A stretch of DNA of 64,000 nucleotides from Anaeromyxobacteraceae bacterium (lineage in GTDB: Bacteria > Myxococcota > Myxococcia > Myxococcales > Anaeromyxobacteraceae), in assembly GCA_032654565.1 (NCBI GenBank), contig JAULAX010000018.1, positions 384,001 through 448,000 of the forward strand, in the 5' to 3' direction. Both the position numbers and the translations under genes were made by a program. Below the pieces are notes generated by a model. The model was not told the origin of the DNA, did no database searches, and saw only the letters and a list, made by a program, of their open reading frames with translations. Positions 63,877-64,000 of this stretch are shown one piece after another. Positions within the stretch are counted from its first letter, which is position 1. Each line of letters begins with the position of its first letter.

Positions 63877-63974
63877 TGGACCGCGAGGACGGGACCTCGA
63901 CGACGGGACCGCGAGGACGGGACTGCGAGGACGGGACTGCGAGGACGGGACCGCGAGGACGGGACTGGGATGTC
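63877..63974. repeat. About 7 tandem copies of a 14-bp unit GGGACYGCGAGGAC
   Basis: Units at 63877, 63891, 63905, 63919, 63933, 63947 and a degenerate one at 63961. Confidence 0.93.
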
Positions 63975-64000
63975 CGAACGCCCTGAGCCCGCAGGGTCAT

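Overview
Very GC-rich bacterial DNA. Gene content (MXAN_5187-like protein, FHA-sigma54 activator, Ser/Thr kinase, Cys-rich Pal) points to Myxococcota, probably Anaeromyxobacter-like (inference). Most of the window is housekeeping: lon, nadA, PBP1A, pal/cpoB, thrB, uvrA, glgX, rho, sppA, thyX, a liv ABC operon, a frameshifted asd, argJ, tRNA-Cys and three HD-GYP proteins. The main discovery candidate is a RAYT-type Y1/HUH transposase gene (43579-44481) with a sigma54-type promoter. It is bracketed by imperfect inverted copies of an atypical repeat (CCCGTCCCAGA-GTAG-TTC; other strand GAACTACTCT-GGGACGGG). The same motif recurs across the window as tandem duplications starting at CTCT|GGGAC, as a 36-bp-periodic mini-array with variable spacers, upstream of an HD-GYP gene, and inside the adjacent livF coding sequence through rare codons. 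Many genes also show a -10 box 5-7 nt before the start codon, suggesting widespread leaderless mRNAs. All calls come from reading motifs by eye; no searches were run.
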